Source: Thermoanaerobaculia bacterium | Lineage (GTDB): Bacteria; Acidobacteriota; Thermoanaerobaculia; Multivoradales; UBA5704 | Assembly: GCA_044226625.1 (NCBI GenBank) | Contig: JBGAGQ010000071.1 | Coordinates: 1 to 31,471, forward strand | Direction: 5' to 3' | DNA: 31,471 nucleotides | Shown: in pieces, positions 10,600-18,597 of the stretch | Layout of the letters: every line of letters begins with the position of its first letter | Position numbering within the stretch: position 1 is the first letter of the stretch | Translations under genes and position numbers: made by a program | Notes under the pieces: generated by a model | What the model was told of the DNA's origin: nothing | Seen by the model: only the letters and a program-made list of their open reading frames with translations | Database searches by the model: none

Positions 10600-11294
10600 T
10601 GGCGGCTCCCGCCAGCGAACGCGTCGCGGTCGTCGCCGATTCTCATCTCGGGGGCCCCGGCGGTCCGGTAGGTCCCCTGCTCGACCAGCTTTCCTGCCTG
10701 CCCGCCGAAGGGGTCGGACGCCTGGTCCTCCTCGGGGACATCTTTCAAGCCTGGGTTGGATTGCCGCGCTTCGAAACGCCCGAGATCGCACGCTTCGTCG
10801 CCGGACTCCGCGATCTCAAGAAGCGCGGCCTTCGGGTCGACTACGTCGAAGGGAACCGGGACTTCTTCCTCGCGAAGAGTCCCTATCGGGACGCCTTCGA
10901 TTCCGTCGGGCTCGAAACCTCGTTCGTGGCGGAAGGGGTCCGCTACCTCGCGGTCCACGGCGACGGTCTGAACGACCGGGACTGGCAGTACCGGACCTGG
11001 CGGCGTCTATCCAAGAGCCTGCCGGTGGAGCTCGCGATGCGCACGTTGCCTCGGCGGCTGGCGAGGCGAATGGTCACCTCCACGGACCGTCGGCTCGCGA
11101 ACACCAACTTCAAGCATCGCGCCGCCTTGCCCGAAGAGGCGATCCGAGGGTTCGCCGGGCGGCGTCTGGCCGAAGGACACGACGTTCTCTTGCTCGGCCA
11201 CTTCCATGAGCAAAGGACCTGGCCCGTCCCCGAGGGCGAGGTGCGCCTCCTCGAGGCCTGGTTCAAGAGCCGGCGGGTGGAGCGCTTCGGATAG
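10599..11294 (+). CDS. lpxH: UDP-2,3-diacylglucosamine diphosphatase (LpxH-like metallophosphoesterase)
   Basis: DSHLG, GDIF, EGNRDF, HGD and GHFH motifs; true start ATG 10599 overlaps the mrp stop (TGATG). Confidence 0.8.
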   Translation: MAAPASERVAVVADSHLGGPGGPVGPLLDQLSCLPAEGVGRLVLLGDIFQAWVGLPRFETPEIARFVAGLRDLKKRGLRVDYVEGNRDFFLAKSPYRDAFDSVGLETSFVAEGVRYLAVHGDGLNDRDWQYRTWRRLSKSLPVELAMRTLPRRLARRMVTSTDRRLANTNFKHRAALPEEAIRGFAGRRLAEGHDVLLLGHFHEQRTWPVPEGEVRLLEAWFKSRRVERFG

Positions 11295-12132
11295 GCAGAG
11301 GGGCAAGATGTCGGGCGACGAGCCCTTCGAGAATCCGATCGGCCGGAACGCCCCGCAGACGCCAGGCGGGCGCTTCGAGCAAGGACTCGGCAAGCGCGAG
11401 GAGGGAACGGCGCGGCAGCTCGGCGTTCTCGAGACTCGCAAGGATCGTCCCTGCCGCCGCTGCCCAGGGCTCATTCGAGCGCGGGTCGTCGAAATCGCCG
11501 GTTCCCGCAAGCAGGCTCGCCGCTGCGAGCAGATGGATCGGCGCCCGCCCCGACTCCCAGGCCGAAACGGCTGCCGCGAACGCTCTCGCCGAGCGCGCCA
11601 ACGCCTCCCGGTCCGGCGGATTTGCGGGTCCGAGGAAAACCGAGAGCGAGCGACTGCGCAAGGTTGCGAGCAGGTCGAGACGCGACGGCGCGAGCAGGAA
11701 GAAATGGCGAGGCGCCGTATCGTGCGGCTCCTCGAGCACCTTGAGCAGGGCGTTTGCCGCCTCCCCCGTCAAGCTCTCCGCGCTCGCGATGACGAACACC
11801 TGGCCGCGCGCCTCGAACGGTGAGAACTGCGCCGCCTTGAGCAGCTCACGCGCGGCCTCGACCGAGGTCGAGGTCTTCGTATCGCGCTCGAGAATCTGGA
11901 AGTCGGGATGGAACGGAGCTTCGTCCCCGGCCGATTTCGGCTCGGTTTCCACGATCCGCCGGCAGTTGCGGCATTCGCCGCAAGGGCGAGCCGCCGGCTC
12001 CGCGTCGCACAAGAGAGTACGGGCGAGCTCGTAAGCCGCCTTGCGTCGCCCCTCGGCGGTCGACCCGTGGAGGATGACCGCAGGATAGAGCGTTCCGGCT
12101 CGCCCGGCGGCGAGCAGCGCCTCACGATTCAC
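11263..12132 (-). CDS. holB: DNA polymerase III subunit delta'
   Basis: LLC..PCGECRNC zinc motif, HPDF, AANALLKVLEEP, LLATLRSR arginine finger; GTG 12132 overlaps the tmk stop (GTGA); conserved tmk-holB order. Confidence 0.85.
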   Translation of the reverse strand: MNREALLAAGRAGTLYPAVILHGSTAEGRRKAAYELARTLLCDAEPAARPCGECRNCRRIVETEPKSAGDEAPFHPDFQILERDTKTSTSVEAARELLKAAQFSPFEARGQVFVIASAESLTGEAANALLKVLEEPHDTAPRHFFLLAPSRLDLLATLRSRSLSVFLGPANPPDREALARSARAFAAAVSAWESGRAPIHLLAAASLLAGTGDFDDPRSNEPWAAAAGTILASLENAELPRRSLLALAESLLEAPAWRLRGVPADRILEGLVARHLAPLPIRSAPPAGS

Positions 12133-12794
12133 GGCTCGTCGAACCTCAGCGCGTTGGCGATCGCGCAACGCACCGCCCGTTCGGTTTGTTCGAGCGATCC
12201 CGAGGCATCGATCCAGCGGAAGCGCTCGGGCTCCGCAGCCGCAAGGGCGGCATAGGCGTCGCGTACTCGGGCGGCAAAAGCGCGGCTCTCGCCGTCCAGG
12301 CGATCGTGTCCCCCTCGCTCGTGGGCGGCCATCCGTCGCTCCGCCTCGTCCAAGGGCAGGTCGAAATAGAGCGTCAGGTCCGGGCGCCGGCCGCCGGTCG
12401 CGATCCGATCGATCTCGTCGATCCGGTCGCGTGGCACTCCGCGCCCGCCGCCCTGATACGCGAGCGTCGAATCGGTGAAGCGATCGCAGAGGACGACCTC
12501 GCCCGCCGCAAGGGCGGGATCGATCACTTCCTGGAGGTGCTGGCGCCGGCTCGCGAAGACCAGAAGCAACTCCACCGTACCGTCGACTGCACCCCAACGA
12601 GGATCGAGGAAGACGCCGCGAATCGCGTCGCCCAGCGGCGTTCCTCCCGGCTCGTGGGTGGTCCGAACCGAGACACCTCGGGTAGCGAGCCATTCGGCGG
12701 TCCGCCGCATCGACGTGGACTTGCCGCTGCCGTCGATCCCCTCGAAGGAGACGAATCGGCCGCTGGGAGTTTTCGGGGAGACTGGATCGGGCAT
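12129..12794 (-). CDS. tmk: Thymidylate (dTMP) kinase
   Basis: FEGIDGSGKST P-loop, EPGGT, LCDRFTDSTLAYQGGG, PDLTLYFD; start ATG 12794 preferred because GTG 12806 overlaps a -10 element. Confidence 0.95.
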   Translation of the reverse strand: MPDPVSPKTPSGRFVSFEGIDGSGKSTSMRRTAEWLATRGVSVRTTHEPGGTPLGDAIRGVFLDPRWGAVDGTVELLLVFASRRQHLQEVIDPALAAGEVVLCDRFTDSTLAYQGGGRGVPRDRIDEIDRIATGGRRPDLTLYFDLPLDEAERRMAAHERGGHDRLDGESRAFAARVRDAYAALAAAEPERFRWIDASGSLEQTERAVRCAIANALRFDEP

Positions 12795-12804
12795 CGGGCG
12801 CGAC

Positions 12805-12813
12805 ACGTTACCA
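12805..12813 (-). promoter_or_regulatory. Putative extended -10 promoter (TGgTAACGT) for tmk-holB
   Basis: TGn plus TAACGT on the minus strand, 10 nt upstream of ATG 12794. Confidence 0.4.
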
Positions 12814-12836
12814 TGTGCCGCGCCGAGCCCGGATCG

Positions 12837-14075
12837 TCATTTCTTCAGGTGCAAACGATCGCCGAGGAAAATCGAGCCCTTCGACTCGATGATCTTCGCG
12901 AGCGACGTCCGCCGCTGGACCGACAGCACCGCGAGCTCTCCCATGACGAGCGGGGGGACGCCGGGGCGGTTCAGCCGATAGATCGTGTAGACGTCGCCCG
13001 GGGTGACGTTCTCTTCCGCGCCGCGATCGATGAACACGACGTGATCCTGGCCGAGCGTGACGATGCCGTCCTTCGCCATTACGATCGAAGGCGCCCCTTC
13101 GAGCTCTGCGGGAGTCGCCGGGAAGTTCACCGGCCGCAAGCCCGTCTTCCGGCCGAGCGGAACCGGCTCCTCCTCGAAAGGCTTGAGCGGAGTGCCGACC
13201 TCGATCGGATCGCACGACTGCACGATTTCGGCGATCGCCGACTCGTCCTGAACCGAGAGGACGCGGATCCGTCCGAGGTAGCGGTAGAAGCGTCCGAGCA
13301 CGTCGCCAAACAGAGGGTGACGGACCCGCTCGCCCGGCTGGATGGCCGTGAACAGCGCGCCCGGCGCCAGACCGGCCGCGCGGCCCCCATTCAAGTAGAC
13401 GACGTCCCCCACGGCCAGACCGTATTTCGCGGTGTCACCTGGGGTCACGCCGTACGAGGTGACGACCGGCGCCCTCACCTCTTCGGGCTCTTTGGCCCGG
13501 CCCGAGTTGCTCGGCGTCAGATTCTCGAACTCCGAGCCGACGACAGCGAGCGAGAACGACTCTTCCGTTTCACCGATGTAGCCGGTGCAGTAGATGTCGC
13601 TTTCGGAACCGAGCGCCTGAGGCGGGCTCGCTGCGGCAGCCGCCGTCTGGACCCCAGCCACCGGAGTGGTGTCCTCCCCTTGGGAAGCGCCTTCGTCCCC
13701 CCCGTCCCCGCCGTTCTCCTGGTAATCGGCTGTCGCCTCGGCTCCGCCTCCATCTCCTGCACCAGCCACCGCCGGGCCGATCACCAGCGGATCGCCGGGA
13801 TAGATCCAGTGGGCATCCAGGATGTACTGGTTCCCTTCCCAGATCTGGGGCCAGAGGTACGGATTGCCCAGGAAGCGGTTCGCGAGATCCCAAAGGGTAT
13901 CGCCGCGCACGATCGTGTAGACCTGGACTCCCTCGGGAGGAGTCGGCGGATTCCACGCCGTCCAATGGTCGCCCACCAGGTGGAGATCGCGCGGCGGCCG
14001 GTCGGCCGCAAAGGCGCTTGCGGCCGCGCAGATCCAGAGCGCGAATCCGATTCGAAAGACAGAAAACCGCTTCAT
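12837..14075 (-). CDS. Exported LysM peptidoglycan-binding protein, TsaP-like
   Basis: Signal peptide; LysM 'YTIVRGDTLWDLANRFLGNPYLWPQIW..N..I...HWIYPGD' typical of the TsaP family; acidic linker; two C-terminal beta modules; SD AGGAGG. Confidence 0.85.
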   Translation of the reverse strand: MKRFSVFRIGFALWICAAASAFAADRPPRDLHLVGDHWTAWNPPTPPEGVQVYTIVRGDTLWDLANRFLGNPYLWPQIWEGNQYILDAHWIYPGDPLVIGPAVAGAGDGGGAEATADYQENGGDGGDEGASQGEDTTPVAGVQTAAAAASPPQALGSESDIYCTGYIGETEESFSLAVVGSEFENLTPSNSGRAKEPEEVRAPVVTSYGVTPGDTAKYGLAVGDVVYLNGGRAAGLAPGALFTAIQPGERVRHPLFGDVLGRFYRYLGRIRVLSVQDESAIAEIVQSCDPIEVGTPLKPFEEEPVPLGRKTGLRPVNFPATPAELEGAPSIVMAKDGIVTLGQDHVVFIDRGAEENVTPGDVYTIYRLNRPGVPPLVMGELAVLSVQRRTSLAKIIESKGSIFLGDRLHLKK

Positions 14076-14130
14076 TTGGGGGCCTCCTGCGACGGGGGAG
14101 AGCCGGTGTATAGTGAAATCTCTATGGCTT

Positions 14131-14160
14131 AGGCTACACCGATCCGCTTTCCAAGGTCAA
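14131..14160 (-). promoter_or_regulatory. Putative sigma70-type promoter for the LysM gene (TTGACC-N18-TAGCCT)
   Basis: -35 at 14160-14155 and -10 at 14136-14131 on the minus strand. Confidence 0.45.
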
Positions 14161-14249
14161 GATTTAGCGGCCTTACCCTCAAGCGATGGTTGAGCAGCGA
14201 AGATTGAAACAGGCTTGGGGAAAGACCTTGCGCCGGCTTCGAGCCGCTT

Positions 14250-15323
14250 CTACTTGAGTTTGGCGAGGCGCTCCTCGGCGACCGCCCCCGCGGCGCTGCC
14301 GGGAAACCGGCGGATCACCTCCCGGTAGGTCGAGCGCGCGTCATCCTTTTGGCCGAGACCCTCCAGGCACTGGCCTGCTTTGAGCAAAGCATCCGCCACC
14401 TTGTTGCCTTGCGGGAAACTCTCGACCGTCCGGCGAAACGCCTCGAGGGCGCCCCTGAGATCGTCTCGCGCGTAACGGCATTCGCCGATCCAGTACTGGG
14501 CATTGTCGGCAAGCTCGCTCCCGGGGTTGGCTTCCAGAAACCGAGCAAAGCTGGTCTCCGCATCCGCGTAATGTCCCTGATGGTAGAGGGTATAGCCCCG
14601 ATCGTAGAGCGCCTGAGTCGCGGGTTGCGGGACAGAAGTGCCCGGAAGAGAGCCTCCCGGAGCCGAGGACGGCGGGGCAGGCGCGGGTTTGGGCGGCGGG
14701 GCGGCGGCCGGAGGCGGCGTGACGGAAGGGCTCGGCGAAGGAGCACGGGGCGGAGCGGTGGTCGATGGGGTCGCGTTTGATGGGGCCGAAGCCGGGGGGG
14801 CCGACGGGCGGGGCGCCGAGGCGGCCGGCGAAGTCGACGGCCGGGCTGGCGGCGCGCCGGTGGGGGCGGAGGAGGGAGCGGCCGGAGGACCGATCGGCCG
14901 TGCGTCGAGGTCGACCTCTTCGATCTCCGCGGCGCGAGGAGGTGCCGGTTTGGACGTCGGCGCGGTCGCCGTGGGCCGTCCGGTCGCCGGAGAACCCAGC
15001 GCGCCCGCTGCTGCGGAGGTGGGAGTGCCGGCGGCCGACGGAGAGGGAGCGGCCGGCCGCGCCGGCGCGGCGGTCGCACCGGTCGCACCGGCCGCCGACC
15101 GAACACCGAGGCGCGCCTCGAGATCGGCCACCTGCTGCCTCAGCCTCGTCACCTCTACCTCGGAAACCGTCGCCTTGCGCTGCAGCTCGAGGACCCGGGC
15201 TTTGAGCTCGGCGAGCTCATCGGGCTGGGCCTCCGGCGTCCGGGACGGCGCCGAGGCGCAACCGAACGCGAGGGACGAGGCGAGAGCAAGGTGGGCAAGG
15301 ACGAGGGACCGCTTTCCGATCAT
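14250..15323 (-). CDS. cpoB: Cell division coordinator CpoB/YbgF-like TPR lipoprotein with long Pro/Ala linker
   Basis: Lipobox LAFGC, N-terminal coiled coil, C-terminal TPRs 'LADNAQYWIGECRY', 'FPQGNKVADALLKAG', 'VIRRFPGS'; ATG 15323 overlaps the bamD stop (ATGA). Confidence 0.85.
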   Translation of the reverse strand: MIGKRSLVLAHLALASSLAFGCASAPSRTPEAQPDELAELKARVLELQRKATVSEVEVTRLRQQVADLEARLGVRSAAGATGATAAPARPAAPSPSAAGTPTSAAAGALGSPATGRPTATAPTSKPAPPRAAEIEEVDLDARPIGPPAAPSSAPTGAPPARPSTSPAASAPRPSAPPASAPSNATPSTTAPPRAPSPSPSVTPPPAAAPPPKPAPAPPSSAPGGSLPGTSVPQPATQALYDRGYTLYHQGHYADAETSFARFLEANPGSELADNAQYWIGECRYARDDLRGALEAFRRTVESFPQGNKVADALLKAGQCLEGLGQKDDARSTYREVIRRFPGSAAGAVAEERLAKLK

Positions 15324-16123
15324 GAGGCCGCCTTCTGTTCCTTCGGTTTCGGGGTCTCTCGGTTCCATCGGCTGTCCGGATACTCGGATTTGAGCCGGGC
15401 GAAAGCTTTCTGTGACTCGTCCTGCTTGGCGTCTTCCGCGTAGGCGAGCCCCAGGTAATAAAGCACCTTGTCCTTGGTCGGATATTCCGGATACTCCTTG
15501 AGCAGGAACTCGAATCGGCCCGCAGCGGCCTGGGGGATGCCGTACCGCTGGTAGAACCGGCCGACCACGAACTCGTGCTCGGCCAGGTTGGCGCGGACCC
15601 GGACGATCTTCTCTTGGCTCTGGCCAGCGTAATCGCTGGTCGGGAACAGTCGGAGAAGATCCTTGTACGCCTCGAGCGCTTTGCGGGTAACCGCCTGATC
15701 GCGGTCCGGCCGCTCCATCCGCTCGGAAAGGGAGTTGGCGACCTGGAACTGTGCATAAGCCGCCTGGTCGCTGGTCGGGAATCGATTCAGGAAGTCGCGA
15801 TACTTCGCTTCCGACTGGATGAAGTTGGTGTTGCTTCCCTCGAGAAAATAGGTGTCAGCCGCGAGCAGCAATGCCTCCCGACCCTGCGCCGAGTTCGGTT
15901 CCACCTCATAGGCATGGGTGAAGTAAGGACGCGCCTTCGCGTACTTCTTCTCGGCCAGCAACTGCTTGCCGGTGGTGAGCGACTCGGTCGCTGCCAGCTT
16001 GAGGATCGGATCCTGCGAGGCCCCTGAGCGGCAGCCGGACAGACCGAGCGGTGAGACGACGGCGGCGAGCGCGAGGACGAGACGAATCGATCGTTTCATG
16101 GAGGTTTCCGAGAAGAGGTTCAT
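15320..16123 (-). CDS. bamD: Outer membrane protein assembly factor BamD
   Basis: Lipobox LSGC, TPRs 'FLNRFPTSDQAAYAQF', 'DRDQAVTRKA', 'LAEHEFVVGRFY...AAAGRF'; start at 16123 (ATGA overlap with rpe) or 16099. Confidence 0.9.
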   Translation of the reverse strand: MNLFSETSMKRSIRLVLALAAVVSPLGLSGCRSGASQDPILKLAATESLTTGKQLLAEKKYAKARPYFTHAYEVEPNSAQGREALLLAADTYFLEGSNTNFIQSEAKYRDFLNRFPTSDQAAYAQFQVANSLSERMERPDRDQAVTRKALEAYKDLLRLFPTSDYAGQSQEKIVRVRANLAEHEFVVGRFYQRYGIPQAAAGRFEFLLKEYPEYPTKDKVLYYLGLAYAEDAKQDESQKAFARLKSEYPDSRWNRETPKPKEQKAAS

Positions 16124-16839
16124 GGGTTCGCTTCGCGTGTCGACACGCCGTCCGCGGTCGAAACCGGAGAGGCCAGGGATCGCAACGCACCGATCGCTCC
16201 GGCGGGATCTTGCGCGCCGAACACCGAGGAGCCGGCCACCGCGAAATCGACCCCCGCCTCGGAGGCCGCTCGAATGTTATCTCGGCCTATACCGCCGTCG
16301 ATTCCGATCTCGATCTGCGCCGCCCCCTCGGCTCGACCGGCCGCGGGGGCGGACAATAGGAGGCGCCGCAGCCGGCGCGCCTTCTCGAGGACGTGCGGAA
16401 GGAAAGGCTGGCCGGCGAAACCGGGGTTGACCGACATCAACAGGACGTAGTCGAGGCGCGGCAGACAGTCGATCAAGAGCTCGACCGGGGTCGCCGGGTT
16501 GATCGCTACCCCGGCGCGCGCCCCGCCCCGGCGGATTCGATCGAGAAGCCGATCCAGGTGAGGAACCACCTCCCAATGGACCGCGACGCTCTGCGCCCCC
16601 GCCGCCAGGTATTCGTCAAGGAGCTCCGCTGGGTTCGTCACCATGAGGTGCACGTCGAGCGGCAGTCGCGTTCGCCGCCTCAAGGCGGCGAGCACCGGGA
16701 TGCCGAAGGACAGATTGGGCACGAAGTGGCCGTCCATCACGTCGACATGGACGAAATCCGCGCCGCCGAGCTCGCAAACTTCGAGCGCTCCGGCGAGATC
16801 GGCAAGGTCGGCGGCGAGGATCGAGGGGGCAATGCGCAT
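16120..16839 (-). CDS. rpe: Ribulose-phosphate 3-epimerase
   Basis: IAPSILAAD, HVDVMDGHFVPN, DVHLM, MSVNPGFAGQ, DGG, VAGS. Confidence 0.97.
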   Translation of the reverse strand: MRIAPSILAADLADLAGALEVCELGGADFVHVDVMDGHFVPNLSFGIPVLAALRRRTRLPLDVHLMVTNPAELLDEYLAAGAQSVAVHWEVVPHLDRLLDRIRRGGARAGVAINPATPVELLIDCLPRLDYVLLMSVNPGFAGQPFLPHVLEKARRLRRLLLSAPAAGRAEGAAQIEIGIDGGIGRDNIRAASEAGVDFAVAGSSVFGAQDPAGAIGALRSLASPVSTADGVSTREANP

Positions 16840-16863
16840 CGGCGGCTCTTTAGGCTCCTGGGT

Positions 16864-17616
16864 TCAAGGCGTCGGCGTCTCGGGCAACCGATCGGCGGTG
16901 GCGACGACCAGAGAGATCGCTTCCTGCCGGCCGACGGGGTGCCCTGCGAGCGGAAACTGGCGCAAGATCACACCGGAGGCGACCCCTTCGTAGGGCTCGA
17001 ACTTCACGCTGCCCAGACGGAATCCCTGGCGCTCGAACATGGGACGGACGTCGTCGTAGTGGCGGTAGATCAGGTCGGGCATGACGTAGCGCTCGCCCGC
17101 GCTCGGTTGCGCGACCAGGAGATCGACGGGCGTGGCCGGAGGCACCGCCGCTCCGGCAGGCGGATCCTGCTCGATCACTACGCCCGGATTTCCTCCCGCG
17201 AACACCGCGAGCGCCTGGCCGACGCCCAGCCCGACGGCTGCCAGCGTGAACTGCGCGGCCGGGAGGGCACGCCCCGTGAGGCCCGGCACGTCGACCCGCT
17301 GAGGTCCGCGCGAGGGCGTAAGCACGACCGAGCTCCCCCGCTTCACCCAGGAGCCGGCATCCGGAGACTGGACGGCGACACGGCCGGCCGGCACCTTCGG
17401 ATCGTAGCGTTCCACCGGATCACGGGAAGGATGGAGCCCTTTCTCGCGAAGTAGATCCTCCGCTTCGACGAGCGTCAGACCGCTGATTTTGGGAACCGTC
17501 GTAGCGCCGCTCCGGACGAAGCCGCTGAATGCGAGATAACCGCAGACAATGAAGACCAGCGCCACCAAAAGGGCGTAGGCGACCAGACCGGCCGAGCGGA
17601 GGAATCGGCGCCACAT
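16864..17616 (-). CDS. Membrane-anchored PASTA-repeat protein (three PASTA domains, no kinase or PBP domain)
   Basis: N-terminal TM helix followed by three repeats starting VPKISG / VPGLTG / MPDLIY, each with a V..Q.P..G motif; start ATG 17616. Confidence 0.88.
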   Translation of the reverse strand: MWRRFLRSAGLVAYALLVALVFIVCGYLAFSGFVRSGATTVPKISGLTLVEAEDLLREKGLHPSRDPVERYDPKVPAGRVAVQSPDAGSWVKRGSSVVLTPSRGPQRVDVPGLTGRALPAAQFTLAAVGLGVGQALAVFAGGNPGVVIEQDPPAGAAVPPATPVDLLVAQPSAGERYVMPDLIYRHYDDVRPMFERQGFRLGSVKFEPYEGVASGVILRQFPLAGHPVGRQEAISLVVATADRLPETPTP

Positions 17617-17624
17617 CAGTTCGG

Positions 17625-17633
17625 AGTGTACCA
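17625..17633 (-). promoter_or_regulatory. Putative extended -10 promoter (TGgTACACT) for the PASTA-rpe-bamD-cpoB operon
   Basis: 8 nt upstream of ATG 17616; no SD sequence. Confidence 0.5.
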
Positions 17634-17679
17634 GCCCACCGGTTTTTCGGGCTCTATCGGGGGGTCGCCCTGAGGAGGG

Positions 17680-17685
17680 TACAAT
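17680..17685 (+). promoter_or_regulatory. Putative -10 element TACAAT for nfo (leaderless geometry)
   Basis: Exactly 6 nt (CTGCGA) separate TACAAT from ATG 17692. Confidence 0.55.
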
Positions 17686-17691
17686 CTGCGA

Positions 17692-18546
17692 ATGCCCCAA
17701 CTCCCTCCCTTAGGCGCCCACGTATCGACGGCCGGCGGCATGCCGCGCTCGATCGAGAACGGTACCGCGCTCGCGTGTACCGCGATCCAGATCTTCGTCA
17801 AGAATGCCAACCAGTGGCGTGGCCGGACCATCCCCCCGGAGGAAGCCGCGGCTTTCCGGACGGCACGCGCGGCGTGCTCGATCGGGCCGGTGATCGCCCA
17901 CGCGAGCTATTTGATCAACCTTGCGGCGACCGACGCCGAAATCCTCGCGAAGTCCAAGGAAGCGCTCGCCGACGAGCTGGTCCGCGCGGCCGAGCTGGGC
18001 CTCGACGGAGTGGTCCTCCATCCCGGAGCCCACCTCGGCGCCGGCGAGCAGGAAGGAATCGCGCGCGCCGCGGCCTCGCTCGACGAGGTCTTCCGCGGCC
18101 TGAAAAGCCCGACCCCGCCGGTGCTGCTCGAGAACACGGCCGGTCAGGGCTCCACGATCGGCTGGCGCCTGGAGCACCTCGAGGCGATTCGCACTCGGGT
18201 CGCCCAGCCCGAGCGGACCGGCGTCTGCCTCGACACCTGCCACGCCTTCGCCGCGGGATACGCAATCCACGAGCCGGCCGGCTACGAGGAGTTCGCGGCC
18301 GAGGCGGCGGAGCGCTTCGGCTCCGCCCTCGGCGCCTTCCATTTGAACGACTCGGCGAAGCCGTTCGCCTCCCGGCGCGACCGCCACGAGCACATCGGCG
18401 AAGGACAGATCGGAACCGGGGCCTTCGCCCGTCTGCTCGCCGACCCCCGGTTCAACGCCGTCCCGATGGTCCTCGAGACCGAGCCGGGCGACGACCAGGC
18501 CGACCATCGCCGGAACCTCGAGGTGCTGCGCGGCCTCGTTGCCTAG
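17692..18546 (+). CDS. nfo: Endonuclease IV (AP endonuclease)
   Basis: LGAHVS, HASYLINL, LHPG, LENTAGQG, CLDTCHAFAAGY, HLNDS, DRHEHIG, LET. Confidence 0.97.
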   Translation: MPQLPPLGAHVSTAGGMPRSIENGTALACTAIQIFVKNANQWRGRTIPPEEAAAFRTARAACSIGPVIAHASYLINLAATDAEILAKSKEALADELVRAAELGLDGVVLHPGAHLGAGEQEGIARAAASLDEVFRGLKSPTPPVLLENTAGQGSTIGWRLEHLEAIRTRVAQPERTGVCLDTCHAFAAGYAIHEPAGYEEFAAEAAERFGSALGAFHLNDSAKPFASRRDRHEHIGEGQIGTGAFARLLADPRFNAVPMVLETEPGDDQADHRRNLEVLRGLVA

Positions 18547-18597
18547 CGAGGACGTGGAAGCCGACTCGAGCTCGGCCGGGCCCGGCTCTTCGGCCAA

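Noticed and set aside
10353-12693. ORF-track starts for lpxH (10353) and holB (12693)
   Set aside because: The extensions overlap mrp and tmk out of frame; coupled starts at 10599 and 12132 fit the homologous N-termini.
12186-14132. 648-aa plus-strand ORF
   Set aside because: Antisense shadow of tmk and the LysM gene; Arg-rich with no motifs.
14640-15100. Short repeats such as CGGTCGCAC x2 as a repeat array or CRISPR
   Set aside because: They are explained by the Pro/Ala low-complexity linker; no regular repeat-spacer period and no cas genes.
18547-18597. GC-rich palindromes between convergent nfo and the S10 peptidase as a bidirectional terminator
   Set aside because: Short competing stems with no U tracts; plausible but not supportable.
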